From Myxococcota bacterium (GTDB lineage Bacteria; Myxococcota; XYA12-FULL-58-9; JABJBS01): DNA of 64,000 nt. The notes beneath the pieces were generated by a model. That model saw only the letters and a list, made by a program, of their open reading frames with translations, ran no database searches and was not told the DNA's origin. The DNA lies in the NCBI GenBank assembly GCA_036339465.1, contig JAYZAY010000011.1, positions 121,624 through 185,623 of the forward strand, written 5' to 3'. The position numbers and the translations under genes are program-made. Shown here piece after piece: positions 41,185 through 51,052 of the stretch (its first letter is position 1; each line of letters opens with the position of its first letter).

Positions 41185-41991
41185 TTACCTAAAACTGGAG
41201 TTTAATTGGGCAGAGGCTTTTGGGGAGGGGAGGGACTCTTCACCGAGGAGTCCGGGGATAGTTTCGAACCACGGCATAAGGCTTGCCAGTGGAATGAGGA
41301 TGGGGTTAAGGCCAATTCCCTCGTCGTCAGGAGCAAAACCATGTCCTCTTACACCGATTGTTTTGGCGGTTGTCGTATCAACGCGTGTTCCTAGGGGGAT
41401 CCGGTTATCTTGGGTGATGAGACTAAAGCGATTGATTCGGCGGGCGTAATCGAGGTTTCCCATTTGGATGAGGTTTTTTGCACCACCGAGGTTTTCCTCA
41501 AGGCTCTGTGGGTTTTTTCGAAGGTTCTGATGCATGATGACCAATGGCATCCCCACCTCAAGATTTGAGCTTCTTAGGCGTGTGGATAAAATACTTTTGA
41601 AAGGAGATTCAACCGTACAATAAATGAGGGCTTGTCCTAGGGGTTGGTGCGAGTCAATGAGTTCATGACAATCTCCGAGCTTTTGTGAAGCTTCTGAATC
41701 AGATCCGGTAGGGTTGATGACTTTTGCCCCCATGAGAACTTCTTCGTTAGGGGCACAGGTAAAGGGCACCAATAGCACATTGGAAGTGATGGGAACGGCG
41801 GGGCAATGGGCTTGGAGAAGCGGGACGTAAAGAGTCAAAGGAGGAGTTGTCGGTAAAGGTTGTGTTTGTTCGAGGAATTGCTCTTCTTGCTCACCACATC
41901 CACATCCACATCCTAGAACACTTATGATCAGTAACCATGTGAATCGCTTTGTCTCTCGCCCTTTTGGGCTTATGAACAGTGATTTTATCAT
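41185..41991 (-). CDS. Hypothetical protein, possible lipoprotein
   Basis: GGAG before ATG 41991; hydrophobic stretch followed by LGCGCGC. Confidence 0.55.
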   Translation of the reverse strand: MIKSLFISPKGRETKRFTWLLIISVLGCGCGCGEQEEQFLEQTQPLPTTPPLTLYVPLLQAHCPAVPITSNVLLVPFTCAPNEEVLMGAKVINPTGSDSEASQKLGDCHELIDSHQPLGQALIYCTVESPFKSILSTRLRSSNLEVGMPLVIMHQNLRKNPQSLEENLGGAKNLIQMGNLDYARRINRFSLITQDNRIPLGTRVDTTTAKTIGVRGHGFAPDDEGIGLNPILIPLASLMPWFETIPGLLGEESLPSPKASAQLNSSFR

Positions 41992-42297
41992 TCTTACTCC
42001 TGGTTGCAGGTTTTTCTCTGGAATGAAGACAGCAAATTTGGTGCCAGGAATCTGCCTCTTTTGAGGGCATTGGGTGTAGTAAAGAAGAACAACCCCGACA
42101 GATTTGTGTCGTTTTGCGGCGGTCGGGTAAGGTTTGGGCTTGTTGGTATTCTCTCTCAAGTCTTGGATTGACCGATGCCTACTTTCTTTAGAGTTTCCGG
42201 TGTAGACCATGTTGTTGTTGGCGTGACGAACCAGAAGAAGGATGTTTTATTGGCTCTTATTGACGCTTATTGGCTGACAGAGGGAGTTCGCTGAGCT

Positions 42298-42891
42298 ATG
42301 TTCGGAGCGAGAGTTAATTGCATGGCCATGTCCGAACATCAGATCCGAATGAGAGCAGGAGGCCAGGAGCATTGGCTAGATTTTCGTCTGCTCAAATGGG
42401 ATTGTTGGATTGTTGACTGGGTGGTTAGGCATCAGCACGATGTTTGTTTCGACATCTTGCGTTTTTTTTCTCGCCTTGGGACCGTTTATGGGTGGTTGTC
42501 TATCAACCTTTTGTATTTTTTGATTTTTCCAGAAAAGGTCAATAGCGCCCTTGGAATGCTCTGGGCTTCTATTGCAGGGTTGTTATTCTCACAATGTATG
42601 AAGCGTTTATTCCAAAGGCCGCGTCCTTGGGTCACTTTTGAGGGGCTGCCGATTAGGATACGTAAGCCTCGTGATACTTCTTTTCCTTCAGGGCACGCGG
42701 TAAGCGCGGCAAGTATTGCTACGGCCATGCTTTTTTTGGAGCCTAGTTTCGGGTGGGTTTTCGTGGGGATGGGGATCGGAATTTGCTTGTCGAGAGTTTA
42801 TTTGATGGTGCATTATGCGTCAGATGTGATGCTCGGGGCGTTGGTGGGCATCTCTATTGGAGCTGTTGTGGGATCTCTTATGCGGGCTTAA
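42298..42891 (+). CDS. PAP2 family phosphatase
   Basis: K..FQRPRP, SFPSGH, SRVYLMVHYASDV. Confidence 0.92.
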   Translation: MFGARVNCMAMSEHQIRMRAGGQEHWLDFRLLKWDCWIVDWVVRHQHDVCFDILRFFSRLGTVYGWLSINLLYFLIFPEKVNSALGMLWASIAGLLFSQCMKRLFQRPRPWVTFEGLPIRIRKPRDTSFPSGHAVSAASIATAMLFLEPSFGWVFVGMGIGICLSRVYLMVHYASDVMLGALVGISIGAVVGSLMRA

Positions 42892-42966
42892 TCTTTGAGA
42901 AGGAAGAGGAGACCGGCAAGGTCAAACCAAGCAAGTGAGAGCGATCAAGGTTATGTGGATGAGAGA

Positions 42967-43836
42967 CTAGTTCCAATCTAAGCCAGTCATTTCAACGCTT
43001 TTATCCCAGAGCTTTTGAGCTGTATCCATGTTTTTTGAGGCTCGGGAACAAAGAGCAGGTTTGGACCGGGCGAAATACTTGCCATTAAGTTTCCCAACAC
43101 GTTCACTACTGGCAAGAAAAATGGATGTTCTTGCGCCATTTCGGGGAGACAGTAGAAATGGTGCTCCGAGTTTCATGAGGGTGGCAAACCAGCTCTTTTC
43201 ATCCTGTCCGAATCCCGAGCTTATGGCGCCAGGATGTAGGCAGTTTGTGGTAATATCGAAACTCTTTGTCCGTTCGGCCAGGACTCTGGTGAAGAGAATA
43301 TTTGCAAGTTTGGTATTACAGTATTGTCGTAATGAATTGAAATTCTGCTCGCATTGCAGATTTTCGAAGTCGATGGTTCCCATCCAGTGGCCAATGGATG
43401 CTACGTTTACTATTCGGGCATTCGGAGTTTGCTTGAGCACATCTGCCAATAAAGAGGCAGTCATGAAGTACCCAAGGTGGTTGGTGGCAAACATCATCTC
43501 CCAACCCTCTTTAGTAACATAGCGTTTTGGAAGTTGGAGGCCTGCGTTATTGATTAAAACGTCGAGCTTTTGGTATTTTTCTTTAAACTGATTTGTCGTA
43601 TTCTGAAGTTGCTCTTTTGAGGAGACGTCGGCCAAAAATAGGTCCACCCGGTCATGATTGGCGTGGGCCTTGATTTTGGCTTGGGCCAATCGCCCCTTTT
43701 CCCCGCTGCGACAAACCATGATGATGGTTGCACCTTTGTGTGCAAGGCTTTTGGCTGTTTCGAGGCCGATGCCTGAATTCGCTCCGGTAATCAGACAGAT
43801 TCTCTTTTCCATGCTCATGGTAAGATCCCCATTCAA
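42967..43836 (-). CDS. Short-chain dehydrogenase/reductase (retinol dehydrogenase-like)
   Basis: TGANSGIG, NNAG, YCNTK, HPG. Confidence 0.93.
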   Translation of the reverse strand: MNGDLTMSMEKRICLITGANSGIGLETAKSLAHKGATIIMVCRSGEKGRLAQAKIKAHANHDRVDLFLADVSSKEQLQNTTNQFKEKYQKLDVLINNAGLQLPKRYVTKEGWEMMFATNHLGYFMTASLLADVLKQTPNARIVNVASIGHWMGTIDFENLQCEQNFNSLRQYCNTKLANILFTRVLAERTKSFDITTNCLHPGAISSGFGQDEKSWFATLMKLGAPFLLSPRNGARTSIFLASSERVGKLNGKYFARSKPALCSRASKNMDTAQKLWDKSVEMTGLDWN

Positions 43837-44040
43837 GAGGTCGATTTATGATTCTGTAAAATGGTCAATGACGAATGATGTCAAGAGTGGTCTCAAGTGG
43901 CAATACCCACATAAGCCACTTTTATGGTGAACGTAATCTGGAGCACCAAAGTCGCTCACCTAAGTAATTATGGGGTTGCATCTTTTGGTCGGTATAGTTA
44001 GAGGCGCCCCGCCCACGGAAACATATTGAAGGGAAAAGTA

Positions 44041-45492
44041 ATGAGGAAGGTCTCTCTCTGTCGCGTCATGCTGTGTCTAATGGCAGTCCAGCTTCCAGGC
44101 GCAGTGGTATTTGCTGGAGGGTTTGATTGGGGTGATGGTTGCTCCAGTGGTAGTGGCCAGTTTACCCAGTATATCGGATTCTATGCAGATATTGAGGTGG
44201 GGAGGATTCCCGAGGATAAGGCTGATGTTCGAATTTTTCTTAGAAGTGAATCAGATGTCGATGTCCGCCTCGTGGATGAGGCCACTGGGTATCAAATTGT
44301 AGCTTGGCCTTATGGCGACGTGAGTGGCCCCACCGAAGCGTGTACGGCTTACGAAGGTGTCGAATACTGTTACAGTGGCTACAATGGAACCAATGGTGAG
44401 CTGGGCGACGAATGGATTCGAATTAATGGTGTGACGAATCGGCCCGTTACCATGTCCGCTTTTGGTTATCGGGATGGCGAGGCTGTTGTGAGCTATGAAT
44501 ATGGAGCGCCACCGAATTGTGTTGATTCTGGAGAAGGGGAATTTGCGCAATGGGTTTCCCATAGCAATGTATTGGCGGTGGGGCAGATTCCAGCGGGTAA
44601 GTGGAATGTTGATGTGCAATTGGAAGCACGTGGTGGCAGAGACATTGATATTCAACTTTTCGACGGGGACTATGCCATTGTTAAATGGGATGCCAATGAG
44701 AGCAATGTCGGTGCTCTTTCGGGGCCAACCCAAGGTACCACCGATTACGAAGGGATGAAAATTACCTACAGTGGTTACAACGGACGAGACCAGAACTGGG
44801 GGAAAGAAGACATCCGCGTGTCGGGTAAGCTCACGCGCACTCTGACCATTAAGGTCTTTGGTTACGCCGAAGGCTATGCCGATGTAACCTATTCCTGGGG
44901 CCACGGAGCGGAGGGGGATTCATGCGGCGGCCGCACGGCGGTTCCGCCTCATCCATGTCAAGAGAATCTAGTTTGTAAAGGATCTGGTTTGGCGACCGAT
45001 CAAACCGGCGTGTGTCGACCACTAAATTGGTGTGATAGTCGCTCGACAGCGGCGATGGATTGCCGTGGCTTGGTTCATCCGGCTTTTCCTGGTGCTTGGA
45101 CGTGTATCGGCCATGAATGCACTTGGACCGATTCAGGCAATGGTCCGTTGACTATTTCTGCCGCTACTTTGGCCGCAAACCCCGGTGCTTATGACGGCAA
45201 AACGGTGACCATCACAGACTCCATTGTGGAAGGTCTGGCGGCTTGTACCAAAATGCTATGCTCACCATGGAATCCCTGTTGTAATACCTGTAATGGTACT
45301 CAGGCTTTTAAAGTCGGTGGGCAGCAGATTCAACTGAAAGGGCTGACTTGTATTGGCAATGAGTGTAATTGGGAGCAAAATTGCTCCTTTGACTCTGGGG
45401 CTTTAGTGCAAGTTACGGGTGTCGTTGAGGTCCAAACTTTTGGCGCGAATGTGATTATCTCGATTAACGTTTCCGACAGTCAGGAACTCTAG
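44041..45492 (+). CDS. Secreted protein with two tandem beta-rich repeat domains and a Cys-rich C-terminal region
   Basis: Signal peptide; the repeat G.G.F.Q...G.IP..K..V...DVD/DID...IV.W...SGPT...YEG...YSGYNG...G.E.IR..G...FGY..G.A.V.Y occurs twice. Confidence 0.8.
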   Translation: MRKVSLCRVMLCLMAVQLPGAVVFAGGFDWGDGCSSGSGQFTQYIGFYADIEVGRIPEDKADVRIFLRSESDVDVRLVDEATGYQIVAWPYGDVSGPTEACTAYEGVEYCYSGYNGTNGELGDEWIRINGVTNRPVTMSAFGYRDGEAVVSYEYGAPPNCVDSGEGEFAQWVSHSNVLAVGQIPAGKWNVDVQLEARGGRDIDIQLFDGDYAIVKWDANESNVGALSGPTQGTTDYEGMKITYSGYNGRDQNWGKEDIRVSGKLTRTLTIKVFGYAEGYADVTYSWGHGAEGDSCGGRTAVPPHPCQENLVCKGSGLATDQTGVCRPLNWCDSRSTAAMDCRGLVHPAFPGAWTCIGHECTWTDSGNGPLTISAATLAANPGAYDGKTVTITDSIVEGLAACTKMLCSPWNPCCNTCNGTQAFKVGGQQIQLKGLTCIGNECNWEQNCSFDSGALVQVTGVVEVQTFGANVIISINVSDSQEL

Positions 45493-45511
45493 GTTTGTCC
45501 ATTGTCGTTTT

Positions 45512-46024
45512 CTATCTTTTAAAGCGCTTAAGGGTCTCGGTATAACATTCGTGAGACTTAGCCCCGAAGCAGACCAATAGAATTTCTTTGAATCCATCGT
45601 ACACATTTTGAAACTCAGAACAGGTCTGCAGGGCGATTTGGCTGGCAGGAGCTAAGGGATATCCATAGACACCAGTGCTGATGGCAGGAAAGGCGATGGT
45701 GTTGATTTGATTCTCCAGCGCCAATTGAAGCGATGCTCTATAACACGAAGCCAAGAGTTCGGATTCGTTTTGACTACCACCTCTCCAGATTGGCCCAACG
45801 GTGTGGATGACCCATTTGGATGGAAGGTTATAACCGCGTGTTATCTTTGCTTGACCAGTTTTGCAGCCGCCAAGGGTACGGCATTCTTCCAGTAATTTGG
45901 GCCCAGCTGCGTTATGGATGGCGCCATCGACGCCTCCTCCTCCAAGGAGGGATTCATTGGCGGCGTTGACGATAGCATCGACTGACAGGGTTGTGATGTC
46001 TTCTTTGATGAGCTTCAGGCCCAT
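45512..46024 (-). CDS. Macro-domain O-acetyl-ADP-ribose deacetylase (YmdB-like)
   Basis: [35 protein letters not shown]. Confidence 0.95.
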   Translation of the reverse strand: MGLKLIKEDITTLSVDAIVNAANESLLGGGGVDGAIHNAAGPKLLEECRTLGGCKTGQAKITRGYNLPSKWVIHTVGPIWRGGSQNESELLASCYRASLQLALENQINTIAFPAISTGVYGYPLAPASQIALQTCSEFQNVYDGFKEILLVCFGAKSHECYTETLKRFKR

Positions 46025-46033
46025 AAGCAGCCC

Positions 46034-46582
46034 CTAGCGTTCTCGGATTTTAGTCACTTCAAACCGCTGGATTACAATATCTTCATTTGGAAAGATTCGA
46101 GCCTTTTTCCGCGTGATGGCCAGTTGCTCTTCGATGGTATCGACGCCTTCGATCCCGGGCAATAGCACGCCCCGACGGGGGCCGCTCTGAATCACGATTC
46201 CGTAGCGCTTGGGGTCGAGGGCGGTCATTTCTTCCACAGGTTCGGGTTCCGTGAGTATACTTACTTCCACATTGATCGTTGAGAATTCGATGGCTTGGAG
46301 AGGGGCAAATCTAGGATCGCGGGTGGCGGCGTCACAGGCGGCGTCCTGGAGGTCGAGCCACAATGATTGGTTGCTCATGCCGATTCTTCCAATGCACCCA
46401 CGCAACTCTTTTTCCGCCGTCCTGAGGGTAACAAATACACCAAAGTTGGAGTCACTTTTGGGGAGCCCTTCGAAGTTTGTTGGAAGTGAACTTGTTTCTA
46501 AATGTGACGAGATGGTCGCTCTGGTTAGGGCAATGATAGATGCTTCTATTTCTGGGTCGAATTGTGGATTGTCAGTGGTCAT
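46034..46582 (-). CDS. AMMECR1-domain protein (AmmeMemoRadiSam protein A)
   Basis: GVFVTL, LRGCIG, DPRF, VEVSIL, GVLLP. Confidence 0.92.
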   Translation of the reverse strand: MTTDNPQFDPEIEASIIALTRATISSHLETSSLPTNFEGLPKSDSNFGVFVTLRTAEKELRGCIGRIGMSNQSLWLDLQDAACDAATRDPRFAPLQAIEFSTINVEVSILTEPEPVEEMTALDPKRYGIVIQSGPRRGVLLPGIEGVDTIEEQLAITRKKARIFPNEDIVIQRFEVTKIRER

Positions 46583-46685
46583 ATTTCAAGGCTAGTGGGA
46601 ACTTATTGATAAATCAATGTACTTGGTGGGGCGTGATTTACCCAGTGGCTTCCATGATTGCTGCTGTGCTAAATTTATAGCAACC

Positions 46686-47978
46686 ATGAAGCTCACCATT
46701 GAGGAAAGCATTCAACGCGTGTTGCGCGACAATGTTTCGGCTCAAGAAAACATGATTCGGCGGCGCTTAAGATTTTTGATGGGGAGTGAGGAACTTGCCA
46801 ATGAAGCCTACGACTTGTTTCAAAAGAAATTCTTGACGACTTATACGAAGGGAAGTCTCGATAAGGTTCCGTGTGACGAGCTATATGAGCTGATGAACAA
46901 GGCTGCCTATGAGCATGTGTGCAAATACAAATACAGAAAAGACGGTTTTTCTTCTGAAATCCTATTTGATCGTGAAGTCTTATACGGAGAACCGGTACCA
47001 GAGAAAATGTCTTGGTTGCGGTATATTCTAGGGCGTGGAAGTTACCCCACTTTTCAGCTCGCGATCTCTGTCTTTATTGATGAAATGGGCCCAGAAGAGG
47101 CAGCCGAATTCCTAAAATGGGATGCGGATGATGTTGGTTCTTCTTTGGCTCTATTTAATTCTTGGGCGACGGGCATTATTCAAGAGAGGATACGCAAAGA
47201 GGGCTTGGGAAGATTGGGTGAAAGTCCATTTTCGAAAGAGCACTCGATTTCAGGGAAAGAGCAGCGGTGTTTGTCCGAACTTGCGCTCGACCGATTTTTT
47301 ATGGGGGAACTAGACGACCGCAAGCGAAACGATGTCAGGGAACATATTGCTCAATGTGCTGACTGTTCGATTCGAGTGAAGTATCGGAAGGGTGGGGTTA
47401 AACGCGTATCACAAAATCTTGGGGGAGGGGTGGGTAGGGGAAAGTCTGTCTCTCCTGCTGGTGTCTTGAGCCTGAGACTTAAGGCAAGAGGTGGTTATCT
47501 TTTACTCCTATTGGTGACGGGAGGGCTGTGGCTTTATGCTATCGAGTTGAGCTTCGACAAAGAGGACACCAAAGCTCCTCTTCCTAAGGAGAAACCTTCT
47601 AAGAAGCACGCCTCGGGAAGTATGATTTCATCCATGTCAGCTACTTGGAACGGGGAATCTATTTTGCTCTATGGGGGAATGAGTAGAGGAGAAATAAGTC
47701 TTTGGAGAAAGGGGCTTGATCGAGACGATGATTGGAAGCGAATAAAAGTTGCACCTGTCATTTTTTTGGACAAAAGAGGAATATTTGGCCGCCGGCAACT
47801 GGTACCCCTAGGAGATGTCAGAAAAGAAACGGCCAATTGGCGTGTGGTTGTATGTCCAAAGTCTTATTCCAAGAGAAATATCTTGGCGTTTTTAGATAAG
47901 GGGGACAGGGAAAATCGGTTCTGTGAAGTGGTGTCGATTTTTGAGTCTAATACAAAGAATGCTGATGAAGGCGCTTAA
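46686..47978 (+). CDS. Degenerate ECF sigma-like domain fused to zinc-finger anti-sigma domain and TM segment
   Basis: sigma2-like RRRLRFLMGSEELANEA; sigma4-like FIDEMGPEEAAEFL...VG; ZAS CLSELALDRF..GEL....HIAQCADC; TM YLLLLLVTGGLWLY. Confidence 0.6.
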   Translation: MKLTIEESIQRVLRDNVSAQENMIRRRLRFLMGSEELANEAYDLFQKKFLTTYTKGSLDKVPCDELYELMNKAAYEHVCKYKYRKDGFSSEILFDREVLYGEPVPEKMSWLRYILGRGSYPTFQLAISVFIDEMGPEEAAEFLKWDADDVGSSLALFNSWATGIIQERIRKEGLGRLGESPFSKEHSISGKEQRCLSELALDRFFMGELDDRKRNDVREHIAQCADCSIRVKYRKGGVKRVSQNLGGGVGRGKSVSPAGVLSLRLKARGGYLLLLLVTGGLWLYAIELSFDKEDTKAPLPKEKPSKKHASGSMISSMSATWNGESILLYGGMSRGEISLWRKGLDRDDDWKRIKVAPVIFLDKRGIFGRRQLVPLGDVRKETANWRVVVCPKSYSKRNILAFLDKGDRENRFCEVVSIFESNTKNADEGA

Positions 47979-48370
47979 GTGTGTGGGGTTCCAAAACTTT
48001 GATGGCGAGGCGCAGTTTTTCGAAGTGTGAAAGATGTGGGGTGCTGCGAGTGTGTCGTACATCGATTTGCAAGAGGATTACGCTCAATTTGAAGAGCTCG
48101 AAAAGAATGTAAAATATGGGTTTTCCGGCCGTTTCTTGGTTGAGTTGTTGATAAATGGGTCAAGGCGGCCTGAGTGGCGTCTGAGCCATTGGTGAACCTC
48201 TACATGGGTTGGTAGAATGGTTATTGGTAGAGTATCTGGCTCCATGGCCCCAGGCATGCCTACTGAGAGAATTTATCAACACGAAAATAGGCGTTCAATA
48301 TATGTCTCGGGAAGACCTTGTGCGTTCGAAAGCGAGGGCGATGTCTATGTCTTTGGGTCCCAAGGAGAGC

Positions 48371-50524
48371 TTAGGCGACATTCGGTGTTGCACGTTCCGC
48401 GATTTGTTCCAAAAGTAGGCGAATGTGTGAGCTTCTCTTTTCGGAATCCAGCTCGATATCAAAATTATGGCCAACGTGATGTAGCTTGTGGAAAATTGAG
48501 CTTACATTGGATAAATGAGGCAGCGAAATTTCGACTGAGTGCCCAACAAAAGCGAGTTCATGGAATTGGGGCATGAGGTCTAGGTTATGATTATTGAGAA
48601 TTTCTAATGAACGGCCAACTTTTTGACAGAGTTCTAATCCGAAGATGTATTTTAGAGCGGCATTGTTGGAAATTTCGAGGGTTTGACGAACACATTGAAG
48701 GTTTGCAAATGCAGCGACCCTTTCAAGGCAGGGGTTTTGTGAAATGGAGATACCACCAATACTGGACAATCTGTCGAAATTTTCTAAGTAAGTAAGGCTG
48801 CGATTTTCACCAATTTCGATGCACTCGCCAACTTCACCCAGCTGACAAAAATGATCGATCTGGCTTAGATTGGGATTTCTTCTAATTAAAACTTCTCCGC
48901 CAACAATCGCTAGATTCGGGAATGCCGAGACCGTTTTGAGATCTTGATTGTTTTGAATCCAAAGATCCTCTCCTAAGATTCGAAGAGAATTTAGGCCACA
49001 GAGTTGTTGTAGACGATAATTGGCCTCAAACCATAGACTGCCGCGAATGACTTCAATGGTGTTAAGTCCTTCGATTGTCTCCAAGCCCGAATTGCTTTCG
49101 ATTTGTAAGCTACCGTCCAATCTTCGCAAATTTTCAAGTCCTTCAAGGGATCGAAGTTGAGTGGTGCCACGAACTTGAATACTTCCAGAAACCGACCTCA
49201 GAGATTTGAGCGGCTTGAGATTCCTGATTGCGGGCCCGAGGAACTCCAGACTATGGGATAAGCTTGTGACGCCTTCCAACTCCTCAACTTCTGCCTGTGT
49301 CCAAATGGTCTGTTTTCTGGCTTTGAGATCGATACCTTTCCTATTTATTTGGGGGCCTTTAAGAACAGCAATATTGGTTTGGATAGGTTGGGTAAGCCAC
49401 GGAAAGTGCCGAAGCTGGTTTTCATCATCGATGGAGATATTGCCATAGAATGTTTGCAGTGAACCTAGACTCGAAGCTTGCCGAAGTTTAGGGTTTTGGT
49501 GAATCACCAATGAGCCTCCAAGGGTGACCAATCGGTTCAATCCGTCAAGGGACTCTAGGGCTTGATTGCCCAATATCTTCAGTGAATCACCAATATGGGT
49601 GAGACGTTGAAACCCATCAAGATTTGGAAATTGCGAATCGAGAATTTGGAGTTGGTCGAGGATTTTGTTGATATTCTTAAAGGGGTTTTCCCGACAGCTC
49701 TTGTTTTCCACCCAGCAGAGTGCCCCCTGGACTTCTTCGATATTTTGAAGAGGTGAAACCTCCTCTAAGGCATTGTTCGAGGCGATGATAAGGTCCCCGA
49801 GTATTCGCGTTAGTGGCCGTTTCCAAATACTTTTCATGGATGGGTTCGACTCTAGTCGGATGGCCCCAATACATCGACCCAGGCGATTCAATGCACTTAA
49901 ACTAACGAGTCTTTCATTGTTTCGAACTCTCAGTAATTCTCGAATGGTCCTGAGCCCATTAAGTCCCTCAATATTTTCTAATTGAGAATTGTGTTGTATC
50001 GAAAGGATGTCTACCTCGGTAATACCTTCCAGTCCTCGAAGGTCTACTAGAGTATTGTTATTAGCGATTGCTATTTTACTCAGGGGGCCTCGGATACCCC
50101 AAAGGCCTCGGATGTCTTGAAGGTTTGGATTGTCAGCAATGTGGATATACTGGCCTAGGGACCGGAGATTTCTGAGGCCGTCTAGATTCGAGAGTTTTGG
50201 GTTGTCTTCAATAATCAACCCGCCGCCGATGAATTTCAGGTTCTTAAGCTGCTCTAAATCTTCTAGATGGGTGTTTCCAGAAATGGTCAAGATTCCGGAG
50301 ATATGTTCAAGATTATTGAGGTCTAGAATTGTAGGCCCATCTAGATTCTTAAGGATCAGGTTGCCGTGTAGGTATTTCTCATGAACAAGGGCGAGACATT
50401 CGTCTGCCGTGGTGATGCAAATATCATCAGCCCAGTTTTCGATTGCTTTTGACTCTGTGACAGTTGTTCCCAACGTCATGGGTTGTTTTCTCCCTTTTAG
50501 ACTTTGTGCCGCTCGTAAAAGCAC
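48371..50524 (-). CDS. Receptor-L-domain / leucine-rich repeat protein
   Basis: Many ~25-aa repeats of the form L.I..N..L..L.GL..L..I.G; start may be the later Met (MTLGTT). Confidence 0.85.
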   Translation of the reverse strand: MLLRAAQSLKGRKQPMTLGTTVTESKAIENWADDICITTADECLALVHEKYLHGNLILKNLDGPTILDLNNLEHISGILTISGNTHLEDLEQLKNLKFIGGGLIIEDNPKLSNLDGLRNLRSLGQYIHIADNPNLQDIRGLWGIRGPLSKIAIANNNTLVDLRGLEGITEVDILSIQHNSQLENIEGLNGLRTIRELLRVRNNERLVSLSALNRLGRCIGAIRLESNPSMKSIWKRPLTRILGDLIIASNNALEEVSPLQNIEEVQGALCWVENKSCRENPFKNINKILDQLQILDSQFPNLDGFQRLTHIGDSLKILGNQALESLDGLNRLVTLGGSLVIHQNPKLRQASSLGSLQTFYGNISIDDENQLRHFPWLTQPIQTNIAVLKGPQINRKGIDLKARKQTIWTQAEVEELEGVTSLSHSLEFLGPAIRNLKPLKSLRSVSGSIQVRGTTQLRSLEGLENLRRLDGSLQIESNSGLETIEGLNTIEVIRGSLWFEANYRLQQLCGLNSLRILGEDLWIQNNQDLKTVSAFPNLAIVGGEVLIRRNPNLSQIDHFCQLGEVGECIEIGENRSLTYLENFDRLSSIGGISISQNPCLERVAAFANLQCVRQTLEISNNAALKYIFGLELCQKVGRSLEILNNHNLDLMPQFHELAFVGHSVEISLPHLSNVSSIFHKLHHVGHNFDIELDSEKRSSHIRLLLEQIAERATPNVA

Positions 50525-51052
50525 TCATTTAATCTCTTAATTACCTAGTGGTCATTTCGGTAAAATGGAAAAAAATGGTTTGGATTTTATTGAGTGAATG
50601 TCAGGTAGGGACTGAAACTCCAGTCAAGTAATCGGCATAGCCTTGATTTTATGGGTAGTTGCTCTATCGAGTCTTGAAAGGAGAATCTCGATGCCGAAGT
50701 GTCAAATTTCTAGCTAATTTTTCGAGGCTACCCCCAGGTAAGCACGAATTGGTTATTGTTTTGGTTGAATGGAAGCTTTTTTGGGATGGATCTGGCTTGG
50801 AATGGATCGCGTTTCGTCATGTTTGATCTGTTGTGATCGTTGCTGCATCATCATCAACGGCATTCCAAATCAGTCGCTTTTCTAAAGGGCGAGTAAGTAA
50901 ATTCGGAAAAATCTTTGGGGCATTAAGAGAGGCTCTTGGGGAGCTCAGCGATCGTTTGGTCAGTCGCGGGAAAGAATGAGCAGGCTGTCGGCAGAATGAT
51001 AAAGTTTTGAAGAGCGAGACAGAGGTTTGTGGTCGGTTGATGGAGGAAGGTT

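Noticed and set aside
41185..41991. Trypsin-like protease call from HCPAVPITSNVLLVPFTC
   Set aside because: No catalytic His or GDSGG motif; similarity too weak to support
45512..46582. Macrodomain plus AMMECR1 pair as an ADP-ribosylation or defence module
   Set aside because: Both are widespread housekeeping-type genes; no ADP-ribosyltransferase, sirtuin or toxin is adjacent
47975..48576. Short ORFs 47975-48163, 48209-48418 and 48217-48576
   Set aside because: No recognisable motifs; partly antisense to the L-domain gene
50629..50651. Possible sigma28 promoter for the L-domain gene (TAAA...GCCGATTA on minus strand)
   Set aside because: Spacer is 11 nt from TAAA rather than 15
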